Positions 14,901 to 25,718 of a stretch of DNA of 64,000 nt are shown here, in pieces (the stretch's first letter is position 1; each line of letters opens with the position of its first letter). The position numbers were made by a program, and so were the translations under genes. The DNA comes from Macrostomum lignano (taxonomy: Eukaryota): NCBI GenBank assembly GCA_002269645.1, contig NIVC01000188.1, positions 98,674 through 162,673 on the forward strand, in the 5' to 3' direction. The notes under the pieces were generated by a model, which was not told where the DNA came from, searched no databases, and worked only from the letters and a program-made list of their open reading frames with translations.

Positions 14901-17900
14901 TGAGAGACGAGCTAGGGACAGAGAAATTCTGGGGTCTGACTACGAAGTCGCCAGCCAATGAGAGACGAGCTAGGGACAGGGAAATTCTGGGGTCTAACTA
15001 TGAAGTAAGGGTGAAAAAACACGCCAATAAATAAACAATTTACATGCAATTCTAACCTTAGTATAATCGGCGACAAAGGCGTTAAACTCGCCGATAAACT
15101 TTGGATTTTTGGTCTGCTTAACGTAAGGCGTGCTGCCAATCTAGAAAAAGTAGTTTTTGCATAAATTTTACTAACCTTTTAAACTTTCTACAAAAATGAT
15201 TAAGATACAGCTTTGTTAGGCTACAAACCTTTCTACGATTGACAAAAACAACACAATAAGGATCCGACTGTCCAGTGCGATCCATGCCCAGCAGATTCGA
15301 GGCGCCGTGTACTTTGATAAACAGCGCGCCCGAGACTGAAGTTGGAAACAGAAATTTAATAGACTGTTTTAAGCTATTTGTAATGATCATTTCTTTTATT
15401 TTAATGGAACAGTAAGTAATATTGCTATTAGAATGATCGAACAAAAGCAAATAGTTTTTAAAATAACCAGAAAAATTATAAACCTATTAATGAACTTCAA
15501 AATACTTTCTGATTAAATTTTGTTACATCTCAGAAACATCTGTTCAACAGATTTCCTATTAAAAATCAAATAATTTGTTTCGTTGAAATAAATAGACAAA
15601 AACAAAATTTTTATTGAATATCAACAACATTAAAAAATTAATAAAGGAATCGTCTACAACAAGTTTTGTTTTAATTTTCAAAGATTTAAAAATGACTTTA
15701 AATCAACAAAAAACTGATACAGGGGCCGGTTTACAGAAAAAAATAAAAACAAGAAAAATTAAAGATTTTTCTCACGAATTGGTCGACCAGATTCTGAAAT
15801 AATTTTAACATTTAGTCGCTTACGTTTACATCTGAGACTAAGACTCAATATTTTTGACTACTAAATATATACTAGACACCTATGATAAGCTTCTTACTGT
15901 TAATTAATGAAAAAGACTTACCGGAGTACACTTGAGTTGGCTGCACACTCTCCAACTTCAGGTCTGGCAGTTCCGTGTACTCTAGCTGAGCGTTCAGGCT
16001 GGATGATCTCTGAACCTCTGCAATCTGCACACTGAATTAAAATATGATAAAAATGAAAAAAATCAATGCCTAAATATTTTATTTGATTGTACAATTGATA
16101 GCTAGTTTTAAAAATTATTAATAAAAAAATTCTGGATCCAGATCAAAGGGAAAAATGGTCATGTGACCCCTTTCTCAACATCTGAGAACAGGAGGGTCAT
16201 GTGACCCCTTTCTCCAAAACTAAGGATAGGAGGGTCAGGTGACTCTTTTATCAATATCTGCGAAAAGGAGAGTCATTTGACCCCTCTCTCAAAATCGAGG
16301 ACATGAGAGTCATGTGAACCCACTTTCCATATCTGAAGACAGGAGGGTCATGTGACCCCTCTCTCCAAACCTAAGGATAGGAGGGTCAGGTGACCTCTTC
16401 ATACATGGTAATTATCTGCAGTTCTCAATATTACCGGCGCATTGAAAAGCCCAGGCACAAAATGCTCACATTTTAGTAGACTTCAGCGGCTGTTCATTCA
16501 AGGGCACAATCCACTTGGCAACTGGAGCCACGCCGCCAAACAGGCTCTTACTCTTCAGGTGAATGTGGAGCTAAAGTGTCGGTTCGTTGGTGGTTAAGAT
16601 ATTATAAATAGACCGGTTAAAAGAACACTTACATAGACAGGAATCCCCACACATGGACACGATTCGCACCACCTAGAAACACAATCCCCGGACTCGGACA
16701 CACAATGCCCGGACCCGGGAACACAATCCCCGGACTCGGACACACAATGCCTAGACTCGGACACACAATCCCCGGACCCGGACACACAATAACCGAACCC
16801 GGGAACACAATCCCCGGACTCGGACACACAATGCCCAGACTCGGACACACAATCCCCGGACCCGGGCACACAATCCCCGGACCCGGACACACAATCCCCG
16901 GACCCGGACACACAATCCTCGGACCCGGACACACAATCCCCGGACCCGGACAAACAATCCCCGGACCCAGACACACAATACCCGGACTCGGACACACAAT
17001 CCTTGGACTCGGACATACAATCCTCGGACTCGAGCACACAATCCCCGGACCCGGACACACAATCATCGGACTCGGACGCACAATCCCCGGACCCGGACAC
17101 ACAATCCCCGGACCCGGACACACAATCATCGGACTCGGACTCACAATCCCCGGACCCGGACACACAATCCCCGGACCCGGACACACAATCCCAGGACCCG
17201 GACACACAATCCCCGGACCCGGACACACAATCATCGGACCCGGACACACAATCCCAGGACCCGGACACACAATCCCCGGACCCGGACACACAATCATCGG
17301 ACTCGGACGCACAATCCCCGGACCCGGACACACAATCCCCGGACCCGGACACACAATCACCGGACTCGGACACACAATCACCGGACTCGGACACACAATC
17401 CTTGGACCCGGACACACAATCCTTGGACTCGGACACACAATCACCGGACTCGGACACACAATCACCGGACTCGGACACAATCCTTGGACCCGGACACACA
17501 ATCCTTGGACTCGGACACACAATCACCGGACTCGGACACACAATCCTTGGACCCGGACACACAATCCTTGGACTCGGACACACAATCACCGGACTCGGAC
17601 ACACAATCACCGGACTCGGACACACAATCCTTGGACCCGGACACACAATCCTTGGACTCGGACACACAATCCCCGGACCCGGACACACAATTCCCACACC
17701 TGGACAAACCTCTTCCGAAGCCAGGTCGCGCACAAAGAACGAAGCAGCCTGGGTGCAGGCGGAACCGGCCGGGAACTCCCTAGACACCAACCGCTGCTCC
17801 TTGCCCAAGCTGATAGTGCAGATTCGAATACCGCTTGACGCGGCGTCGGCGTCCTCGACTGTGTCCACAGCCTCGCCGGTCGCCTCTGACGATTTCTTAG

Positions 17901-20900
17901 CCGGACTGGCCGCCCCAGCGGAGGCCTTGGAGATCCGCAGCGTCACGGTGAGGACGCCGCGAATTGGTCGAGCGCCGGCGGCGGCGGGGGAAGCGTCGGG
18001 GTCGGCAGGGTCGGCGGCCAGAGGGGCCATGGGGTCCTGGGATCGATTTTTTAGGAGATTTTGTGCTTCTTTTTGCAAATAATTAAAACAAAGAGTAGAC
18101 GTAATCTAGATAATCTAGAATCTAATCTAGATCTATAACACAATTTGAGCCACTGTCTAATTGGAAGAACTAATTTGGTTTCTCTAATCAGATACCTAAT
18201 GGATTCCCTAATTACAACAAAATATTTGCTAATCGCACTCCAATGTGAGATTGATAATTGGTTCCTAAAATACACAAGCCTAATAGATACATTCCCTAGT
18301 ATATAGTTTTAATAGATTTCCTAACTGCACCCCTCATCAATTCCCTAATTAAATCCCGAACAGATTTCCTAAGTGCGACACTAACTAACTCCCTAATTAC
18401 AGCCCTAACAGATTCTCTAATTGCACCACTAATTAGCTCCTTAATTACAGCTCTAATATATCTACAGTCCTAATAGACTCTCTAATTTCAGTCCTAATAG
18501 ACTCTCTAATTTCAGTCCTAATAGACTCTCTAATTTCAGTCCTAATAGACTCTCTAATTTCAGTCCTAATAGACTCTCTAATTTCAGTCCTAATAGACTC
18601 TCTAATTTCAGTCCTAATAGAATCTCTAATTTCAGTCCTAATAGACTCCCTAATTTCAGTCCTAATAGACTCCCTAACTACAGTCCTAATAAACTCCCTT
18701 ATTACAGTCCTAATAGACTCCCTAATTACAGTCCTAATAGACTCCCTAATTACAGTCCTAATTAACTCCCTAATTACAGTCCTAATAGACTCCCTAATTA
18801 CAGTCCTAATTGACTCCCTAATTACAGTCCTAATAGACTCCCTAATTACAGTCCTAATTGACTCCCTAGTTACAGCCAGCTCACCTGGCTGGCGTACAGC
18901 ACCAGCTCCCCCGGATCAACCATGGCGGTGGTCAGGGACTCCTCCACAGCCTGCCGCAGCCACTGCCTCAGCACTGGCACAAACGCCACATTAACAGCTC
19001 TGGTAATTCTCAGGCTAAACCAAACATCCGGTCGCTCTTTAAACGCCGCCGTGACCATGGCAACGTGCGGAAATCTAGCCGTGAGATCGAGTTGAACGCA
19101 CAGCTGCAGCCGGCCGCTGAGGCTCAACTGACCGAAGCTGACGGTGGGCCCCAGGCCCAGCCGGCTGATTCTGGTGGCAAAGTCCATGCGAAACTGGTCG
19201 CACTGCAGCTCCAGCTGGGCTTCCAGCACAAGGCGATACTTTGAGGAGCGGTACACCTCCTGTGGCGGGCGGCCGGCGTTCGCCCAGGTGGCCGAGATCT
19301 GAAAATTTATAGTTTTGCCATTTTTTTGCAAGAAACCCCACACACAATCCCGCACACCCAAGAAACCCCACACTCGATCCCGCACACCCATAAACCTCAC
19401 ACTCAATCTCACGCACCCAGAAACCCCACACTCAATCTTACACACCCAGAAACCCCACACTCAATCTTACACACCCAGAAACCCCACACTCAATCTTACA
19501 CACCCAGAAACCCCACACTCAATCTCACACACCCAGAAACCCCACACTCAATCTTACACACCCAGAAACCCCACACTCAATCCCACACACCCAGAAACCC
19601 CACACTCAATCCCACACACCCAGAAACCCCACACTCAATCCCACACACCCAGAAACCCCACACTCAATCCCACACACCCAGAAACCCCACACTCGATCCC
19701 ACACACCCAGAAACCCCACACCCAATCCCACACACCCAAGAAACCCCACACTCGATCCCACACACCCAGAAACCCCACACCCAATCCCACACACCCAGAA
19801 ACCCCACACTCAATCAATCCCACATACCAAGAAACCCCACACTCAATCTTACACACCCAGAAACCCCACACTCAATCTCACACACCCAGAAACCCCACAC
19901 TCAATCTTACACACTTAGAAACCCCACACTCAATCCCACACACCAAGAAACCCCACACTCAATCCCACACACCCAGAAACCCCACACTCAATCCCACACA
20001 CCCAGAAACCCCACACTCAATCCCACACACCCAGAAACCCCACACTCGATCCCACACACCAAGAAACCCCACACCCAATCCCACACACCCAAGAAACCCC
20101 ACACTCGATCCCACACACCCAGAAACCCCACACCCAATCCCACACACCCAGAAACCCCACACTCAATCAATCCCACATACCAAGAAACCCCACACTCAAT
20201 CCCACACACCCAGAAACCCCACACTCAATCTTACACACCCAGAAACCCCACACTCAATCCCACACACCCAGAAACCCCACACTCAATCCCACACACCCAG
20301 AAATCCCACACTCAATCCCACACACCCAAGAAACCCCACACTCGATCCCACACACCCAGAAACCCCACACCCAATCCCACACACCCAGAAACCCCACACT
20401 CAATCAATCCCACACACCCAGAAACCCCACACTCAATCCCACACACCCAGAAACCCCACACTCAATCCCACACACCCAGAAACCCCACACCCAATCCCAC
20501 CAGACTCTGATCCGCCTCGGTGGTCTCGAACGATCTCAGCTCGCGCACGCATGGCGTGTCCTCGCCCAGACTGAATCGCTCCAAGCTGATGCTCTGCAAA
20601 AATCCCGGCCGCCTCTGCTGCAGCTGATAGTCGAGCGATCGCTTCACCGCCGACTGGATTGACTCGGCCGAGAAGGCCCACCAGCGATTCACCAGAAAGT
20701 TGAGCCACTCGGCCGACTCCGCGCCGGACATGGCTCGGCGACGAGTGGCCAGCAGAGCGGCCCGCTGAACGGCCACCTGGGTCAGGCGGGCCACCCGCAC
20801 TCGCCAGAGGTGGAACAGCACAGCTAGCAGCAGGGTGGGCCAGGCGCCTGGGGTGGGGTGGCCAAGCGGGTGGGATAATGGGTGGCTAACAATTGAGTGT

Positions 20901-22702
20901 ATGGCAAATTATGTGGTAGATAGAGTGTGTGGTACAGTGCGTGGTAAAGAGAGAGTGTGTGGTACAGTGTGTGGTAAAGAGAGTGTGTGGTACAGTGCGT
21001 GGTAAAGAGAGAGTGTGTGGTACAGTGTATGGTAAAAAGAGTGTGTGGTACAGTGTGTGGTAAAGAGAGTGTGTGGTACAGTGTGTGGTAAAGAGAGTGT
21101 GTGGTACAGTGTGTGGTAAAGAGAGTGTGTGGTACAGTGTGTGGTAAAGAGAGAGTGTGGTACAGTGTGTGGTAAAGAGAGTGTGTGGTACAGTGTGTGG
21201 TAAAGAGAGGGTGTGGGGTACAGTGTGTGGTGAAGAGAGTGTGTGGTACAGTGTGTGGTAAAGAGAGTGTGTGTGGTACAGTGTGTGGTAAAGAGAGTGT
21301 GTGGTACAGTGTGTGGTAAAGAGAGGGTGTGTGGTACAGTTTGTGGTAAAGAGAGAGTGTGTGGTACAGTGTGTGGTAAAGAGAGAGTGTGTGGTACAGT
21401 GTGTGGTAAAGAGAGTGTGTGGTACAGTGTGTGGTAAAGAGAGTGTGTGGTACAGTGTGTGGTAAAGAGAGTGTGTGGTACAGTGTGTGGTAAAGAGAGT
21501 GTGTGGTACAGTGTGTGGTAAAGAGAGTGTGTGGTACAGTGTGTGGTAAAGAGAGTGTGTGGTACAGTGTGTGGTAAAGAGAGTGTGTGGTACAGTGTGT
21601 GGTAAAGAGTGTGTGGTACAGTGTGTGGTACAGTGTGTGGTAAAGAGAGTGTGTGGTAGAGAGTGTGTGGTACAGTGTGTGGTAAAGAGAGTGTGTGGTA
21701 GAGAGTGTGTGGTACAGTGTGTGGTAAAGAGAGTGTGTGGTAAAGAGAGTGTGTGGTACAGTGTGTGGCAAAAAGAGTGTGTGGTACAGTGTGTGGTAAA
21801 GAGAGTGTGTGGTACAGTGTGTGGTAAAGAGAGAGTGTGGTACAGTGTGTGGTAAAGAGAGTGTGTGGTACAGTGCGTGGTAAAGAGAGTGTGTGGTACA
21901 GTGTGTGGTAAAGAGAGTGTGTGGTACAGTGTGTGGTAAAGAGAGGGTGTGTGGTACAGTGTGTGGTAAAGAGAGTGTGTGGTACAGTGTGTGGTAAAGA
22001 GAGTGTGTGGTACAGTGTGTGGTAAAGAGAGTGTGTGGTACAGTGTGTGGTAAAGAGAGTGTGTGGTACAGTGTGTGGTAAAGAGAGTGTGTGGTACAGT
22101 GTGTGGTAAAGAGAGTGTGGTACAGTGTGTGGTAAAAAGAGTGTGTGCTACAGTGTGTGGTGAAGAGAGTGTGTGGTACAGTGTGTGGTAAAGAGAGTGT
22201 GTGGTACAGTGTGTGGTAAAGAGAGTGTGTGGTACAGTGTGTGGTAAAAAGAGTGTGTGCTACAGTGTGTGGTAAAGAGTGTGTGGTACAGTGTGTGGTA
22301 AAGAGTGTGTGTGGTAGAGAGTGCAGTAAAGAGTGTATGGTAGAGAGTGTGATAATAGAGCGATAAAGAAGTGAAATGTGCATTTAAGATGTATTTATGC
22401 ATACATAATAAGCTATGCTGGTATAATAAAATGCTAGAATTAGCTCTAGATGATAGCAGTGTACTTTTCAATACATCATCAAACCCTTCAGCCTAAAAAC
22501 GGAAATTTGAGCTTTGCTAAAAAACAAATCTGACTAGCTGCATAGCTTGGTATCAAAGTGATCGCTCACCGCTAAAGCCCAGACAGCCAAGCCCGTAGGC
22601 CAGCAGCACGCAGGCAGCCACAATGAGATACATCAGCAGCATCTGCAGCCGCTGACTGCTGGCATTATCGCCAAGTATTTCCTGTTCCCATGCGGACGGC
22701 AT
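2740..22702 (-). CDS. Extended synaptotagmin/tricalbin-like protein (TM hairpin, SMP, five C2 domains), 21 exons, ~1,170 aa; whole-gene span
   Basis: 21 exons join in phase via GT-AG introns. N-terminal hydrophobic segment LLMYLIVAACVLLAYGLGCLGFSGAWPTLLLAVLFHLW; SMP start ESAEWLNFLVNRWW; C2 motifs MDRTGQSDPY, MDRGGTSDPF, ADLGRTSDPF. AATAAA on minus strand at 2714-2719. Confidence 0.9.
3669..3824 (-). CDS. ESyt/tricalbin-like exon 20
   Basis: LGETWYQLTGPKVKSGEILLSC; donor GTGAGG. Confidence 0.9.
4290..4495. repeat. (AATC)n-type microsatellite
   Basis: Direct reading. Confidence 0.9.
4982..5059 (-). CDS. ESyt/tricalbin-like exon 19
   Basis: cccgcag|TVMDYDAVGKNDYLGEVSL; donor GTAAGT. Confidence 0.92.
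5380..6240. repeat. Mixed 21/15-bp minisatellite (ctcactctctcatacacctgt)n, intronic
   Basis: Direct reading. Confidence 0.95.
6353..6559 (-). CDS. ESyt/tricalbin-like exon 18 (fifth C2)
   Basis: AGKKLMAADLGRTSDPFVRV...SLNPQWNEEF; donor GTAAGG. Confidence 0.93.
6645..9755. repeat. 21-bp minisatellite (aaaccgacactcaaatatcag)n, ~3.1 kb, fills intron 17
   Basis: Direct reading. Confidence 0.97.
9769..9912 (-). CDS. ESyt/tricalbin-like exon 17
   Basis: TEPVWHQLTDEKDQQTGELCLEC; donor GTGAGT. Confidence 0.88.
9970..10225. repeat. (ATTG)n-type microsatellite
   Basis: Direct reading. Confidence 0.9.
10298..10387 (-). CDS. ESyt/tricalbin-like exon 16
   Basis: ttttcag|SVNSKSSFGKSDCIGSVELNL; donor GCT|GTGAGT. 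Confidence 0.82.
10597..10947 (-). CDS. ESyt/tricalbin-like exon 15 (third C2 end, fourth C2 start)
   Basis: TRWFNLSGKGIRSGQIEL...FTVHSARNLLGGKSVDAFVKV; donor GTAAGT. Confidence 0.9.
11372..11458 (-). CDS. ESyt/tricalbin-like exon 14
   Basis: TVWDKDRIGKDFLG; donor GTGAGT. Confidence 0.93.
11619..11821 (-). CDS. ESyt/tricalbin-like exon 13 (third C2)
   Basis: GLGVMEFNLLGAKELMAMDRGGTSDPFVEL...TLEPRWNE; donor GTAAGA. Confidence 0.93.
11880..12050 (+). mobile_element. tRNA-derived SINE
   Basis: A-box-like tgcccagtggttagagc, B-box ggttcgattc, then core tgtgtccttgagcaaggcact...cagttcacccagctgtaaaatggg; second copy at 28773-28889. Confidence 0.8.
12293..12740. repeat. 50-bp minisatellite, ~9 near-identical copies
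   Basis: gaccgacaacccctccccagaaatggaatcatggtgacgcattaactact. Confidence 0.95.
12961..13027 (-). CDS. ESyt/tricalbin-like exon 12 (linker)
   Basis: ttttcag|GAKRDG...AYLAK G|GT; phase matches exon 13. Confidence 0.75.
13735..13820 (-). CDS. ESyt/tricalbin-like exon 11 (linker)
   Basis: Phase 1 in, phase 0 out, donor TCG|GTGAGA; only one open frame and it fits. Confidence 0.75.
14333..14468 (-). CDS. ESyt/tricalbin-like exon 10
   Basis: ttctag|ENSTLLFHQLPL...GNLLFSIVFRPV; alternative in-frame acceptor at 14441. Confidence 0.8.
14551..14640 (-). CDS. ESyt/tricalbin-like exon 9
   Basis: tttcag|TTVSFFLYDYDGRNALRDDFLGACHVTLQK. Confidence 0.92.
14770..15000. repeat. 58-bp tandem repeat, ~4 copies, each containing CCAAT
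   Basis: gaagtcgccagccaatgagagacgagctagggacagagaaattctggggtctgactac. Confidence 0.9.
15057..15140 (-). CDS. ESyt/tricalbin-like exon 8
   Basis: ttctag|IGSTPYVKQTKNPKF...|GTTAGA. Confidence 0.88.
15229..15335 (-). CDS. ESyt/tricalbin-like exon 7 (second C2 start)
   Basis: GALFIKVHGASNLLGMDRTGQSDPYCVV. Confidence 0.92.
15922..16031 (-). CDS. ESyt/tricalbin-like exon 6
   Basis: attcag acceptor, phase 2 in, donor G|GTAAGT. Confidence 0.85.
16470..16570 (-). CDS. ESyt/tricalbin-like exon 5
   Basis: tttag|LHIHLKSKSLFGGVAPVAKWIVPL; donor AT|GTGAGC. Confidence 0.85.
16680..17695. repeat. 21-bp minisatellite (cccggacccggacacacaatc)n, fills intron 4
   Basis: Direct reading. Confidence 0.95.
17710..18036 (-). 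CDS. ESyt/tricalbin-like exon 4 (divergent first C2)
   Basis: RGVLTVTLRISK...CTISLGKEQRLVS; phase 0/0. Confidence 0.8.
18470..18870. repeat. 24-bp minisatellite (tctaatttcagtcctaatagactc)n
   Basis: Direct reading. Confidence 0.93.
18885..19298 (-). CDS. ESyt/tricalbin-like exon 3 (SMP)
   Basis: tttcag acceptor; LSGRLQLCVQL...FKERPDVWFSL...AMVDPG; donor CAG|GTGAGC. Confidence 0.9.
19332..20500. repeat. 29-bp minisatellite (cccagaaaccccacactcaatcccacaca)n, fills intron 2
   Basis: Direct reading. Confidence 0.95.
20501..20847 (-). CDS. ESyt/tricalbin-like exon 2 (TM end, SMP start)
   Basis: ccccag acceptor; AEWLNFLVNRWW...SLERFSLGEDTP; donor CTG|GTGGGA. Confidence 0.9.
20920..22350. repeat. 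~28-bp minisatellite (gtgtgtggtacagtgtgtggtaaagaga)n, intron 1
   Basis: Direct reading. Confidence 0.95.
22570..22702 (-). CDS. ESyt/tricalbin-like exon 1 (MPSAWEQ...LGCLGFS; TM)
   Basis: ATG at 22702, donor G|GTGAGC, phase 1. Confidence 0.85.
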
Positions 22703-22790
22703 CGCTCTTGGAATGAAATTAATTAATGAATGAGCCTATTGGGCTTTGCAAACTTTGCAACCTGCTGCCGCAGTGAGGACGCGTCCGGCT

Positions 22791-22804
22791 GTTGCTATGG
22801 CAAC
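22791..22804. promoter_or_regulatory. Candidate RFX-binding X-box GTTGCTATGGCAAC
   Basis: Near-palindromic consensus match 89 bp upstream of the ESyt-like ATG, in non-coding DNA. Confidence 0.6.
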
Positions 22805-23029
22805 CACTGCAGACGGCGCTGAAATTTATTAAGTATTTTAACTAAGCTTAGTAACGAATAATATATTAGTAAAGTGCAGTGGGGTTACTAAGAACTAGCT
22901 TAGGTCTTGGCGTTTGGTCGCGAAGAAGATTTACCTGCCAATGTGTGGCCCTCCTGTGTCTGTGCTCGTGTTTGTCTTAGCTGCACTCGATTCTCTACCC
23001 TTACCTCTGTCCCAGCTGCCCTTTCAGTT

Positions 23030-23545
23030 TTCTCCTCTCCCCTCTCCTCTCTCTTCTCCACCCTCTCCTATATCTTCTTTACCCTCTCCTCTCTCTCCTC
23101 TACTCTCTCCTCTCTCTTCTCCACCCTCTCCTCTCTCTTCTCCACCCTCTCCTCTATCATCTCTACCCTCTCCTCTCACTTCTCCCCCCTTCCTCTCTCT
23201 TCTCCACCCTCTCCTCTCTCTTCTCCACCCTCTCCTCTCTCTTCTCCACCCTCTCCTCTCTCTTCTCCACCCTCTCCTCTCTCTTCTCCACCCTCTCCTC
23301 TATCATCTCTACCCTCTCCTCTCTCTCCTCTACCCTCTCCTCTCTCTCCTCTACTCTCTCCTCTCTCTTCTCCATCATCTCCTTTATCTCCTCTACCCTC
23401 TCCTCTCTCTTTTTTCCACCCTCTCCTCTCTCTTCTCCACTCTCTCCCCGTTCTCCTCTACCCTCTCCTCTCTCCCTTCTACCCTCTCGTCTCTCTTCTC
23501 CATAGTCTCCTCTATCTCCTCTACCTCTACCCTCTCCTCTCTCGC
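23030..23545. repeat. CT-rich ~21-bp minisatellite
   Basis: (ctctcctctctcttctccacc)n. Confidence 0.92.
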
Positions 23546-24574
23546 CCCTGTAATGATACATCAATGCATTTGTGTACATGTATATAAACTGCATTCATTA
23601 GTTATGTATGAAATAGTACGAGTAAATATAGCCCAGTTGTAGCACACAAGTACTTAAAAACTCAATACTCTATAGGACTTATTCGAGCTACATGTACATG
23701 TAGTAGACAATTTTACGAGCGTAGCACAGATAACACCTAAAAAACACATAATCTTATCTAATCCAAATACTGCTTAAAAATCTATAGAAGATCTTAGAGT
23801 GCAAAATGACTCAAAGTTACAGAGAATTTACCGGCTTAGAGGACCAAAAGAAATGCCGAGAGCTCCGACAATAAGGCAAGAAACGTGCTACTCCGTACGA
23901 AAGCAGCTCTTTGCGCATTTTTATTCTACTCTTCACCTACACATACGGCCCATAAACCTGTGCATTATAAATATAGAAGCGTTTTCTGTGGGTCAATCGA
24001 CCAAAACACCCCCCAGCAGCCAAGTGAGCCAATCTGGTTTAGATCTGGTTCAGAGCACGCGTAGAAAAGAATTATACAAATTGTAAAGATAGCCGCAAAC
24101 AGAACAGAAAAAGAACAATAAAAAAGCTGTCTCGAGGTCTGTTGTTAAGCACAGACGAACTAAACACATTAGGCACATTTTCATACCTACATGTAAAATT
24201 CGGCAAAGTAAATTTGATATTTTTATTATTCTTATATAAGCTTTTAATTATATACCTACCTGTACTACTATCTAAAGTAGAAAGTAACGAAAATAAAACT
24301 ATTAAGTATCGCGTAATCACTTGAGCAAATGTATATATTTAACCAAAAAATTACAATCAATGAGTAAAATTATTTGTAATAATTACAAGTAAACTCCAAG
24401 TAAGGAAGTAGAATTACTACGTTACAACGAATTACAAAGTTCTGTGGTATCAAAAACTAAATTATCAAACAATACGACAAATAATTCATTTAGAATCAAC
24501 ATATTATGTTGTAATTTGGAATGAATCGGAAGCTCTGTCGTTGCTACATATATTTGCCTCGTCAAGGTTCTTCA

Positions 24575-25660
24575 GAAAATCTTTGCTGTTTTACCCTCCC
24601 TGAAACTTTTCAGAGAATCGTTGCTTTCCCCTCCCTGAGGTCCTCCACCAGAAATCGCTGCTTTCCCCTCCCTGATGTCCTTCACCAGAAATCGCTGCTT
24701 TCCCCTCCCTGAGGTCTTTCAAGGGGAATCGTTGCTTTCCCCTCCCTGGGGTCTTTCAGGTGGAATCGTTGCTTTCCCCTCCCTGAGGTCTTTCAGGGGG
24801 AATCCTTGCTTTCCCTCCGTAAGGTCTTTCAGGGGGAATCGTTGCTTTCCCCTCCCTGAGGTCTTTCAGGGGGAATCGTTGCTTTCCCCTCCCTGAGGTC
24901 TTTCAGTGGGAATCGTTGCTTTCGTTGCTTCCCCCTCCCTGAGGTCTTTCAGGGGGAATCGTTGCTTTTCCCTCCCTGAGGTCTTTCAGGGGGAATCGTT
25001 GCTTTCCCCTCCCTGAGGTCCTTCACCAGAAATCGTTGCTTTCCCCTCCCTGAGGTCTTTCAAGGGGAATCGTTGCTTTCCCCTCCCTGGGGTCTTTCAG
25101 GTGGAATCGTTGCTTTCCCCTCCCTGAGGTCTTTCAGGGGGAATCCTTGCTTTCCCTCCGTAAGGTCTTTCAGGGGGAATCGTTGCTTTCCCCTCCCTGA
25201 GGTCTTTCAGGGGGAATCGTTGCTTTCCCCTCCCTGAGGTCTTTCAGTGGGAATCGTTGCTTTCGTTGCTTCCCCCTCCCTGAGGTCTTTCAGGGGGAAT
25301 CGTTGCTTTTCCCTCCCTGAGGTCTTTCAGGGGGAATCGTTGCTTTCCCCTCCCTGAGGTCCTTCACCAGAAATCGTTGCTTTCCCCTCCCTGAGGTCCT
25401 TCACCAGAAATCGCTGCTTTCCCCTCTCTGAGGTCCTTCACCAGAAATCGCTGCTTTCCCCTCTCTGAGGTCCTTCACCAGAAATCGCTGCTTTCCCCTC
25501 CCTGAGGTTTTTCAGGGTGAATCGTTGTTTTCCCCTCGCTGAGGTCTTTCAGGGTGAATCGTTGTTTTCCCCTCGCTGAGGTCTTTCAAAGGGAATCGTT
25601 GCTATCCCTCCCAGAGGTCTCTCACGGGAAATCGTTGCTTTCCCCTCCCTGAGGTCCAAA
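24575..25660. repeat. 37-bp minisatellite (tttcccctccctgaggtctttcagggggaatcgttgc)n
   Basis: Direct reading; internal 341-bp block duplication. Confidence 0.95.
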
Positions 25661-25718
25661 AACAGGCAAAGCGTCAATCAAAGTGTTAACGAAGCGCAGA
25701 TCTCCAACTCAAAGCTTC

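Noticed and set aside
16594-18078. 494-aa ORF with a VCPGPGI/SGSGDCV repeat tail
   Set aside because: Exon 4 read through into an intronic 21-bp array; a good donor at 17709 and a phase-matched exon 5 explain it
19051-19064. X-box-like 14-mers at 19051 and 26320
   Set aside because: Lie in coding exons (VAMVT, VVMAT); probably chance
19315-22383. Long His/Thr/Pro-rich ORFs (419, 394 and 519 aa)
   Set aside because: Translations of intronic minisatellites
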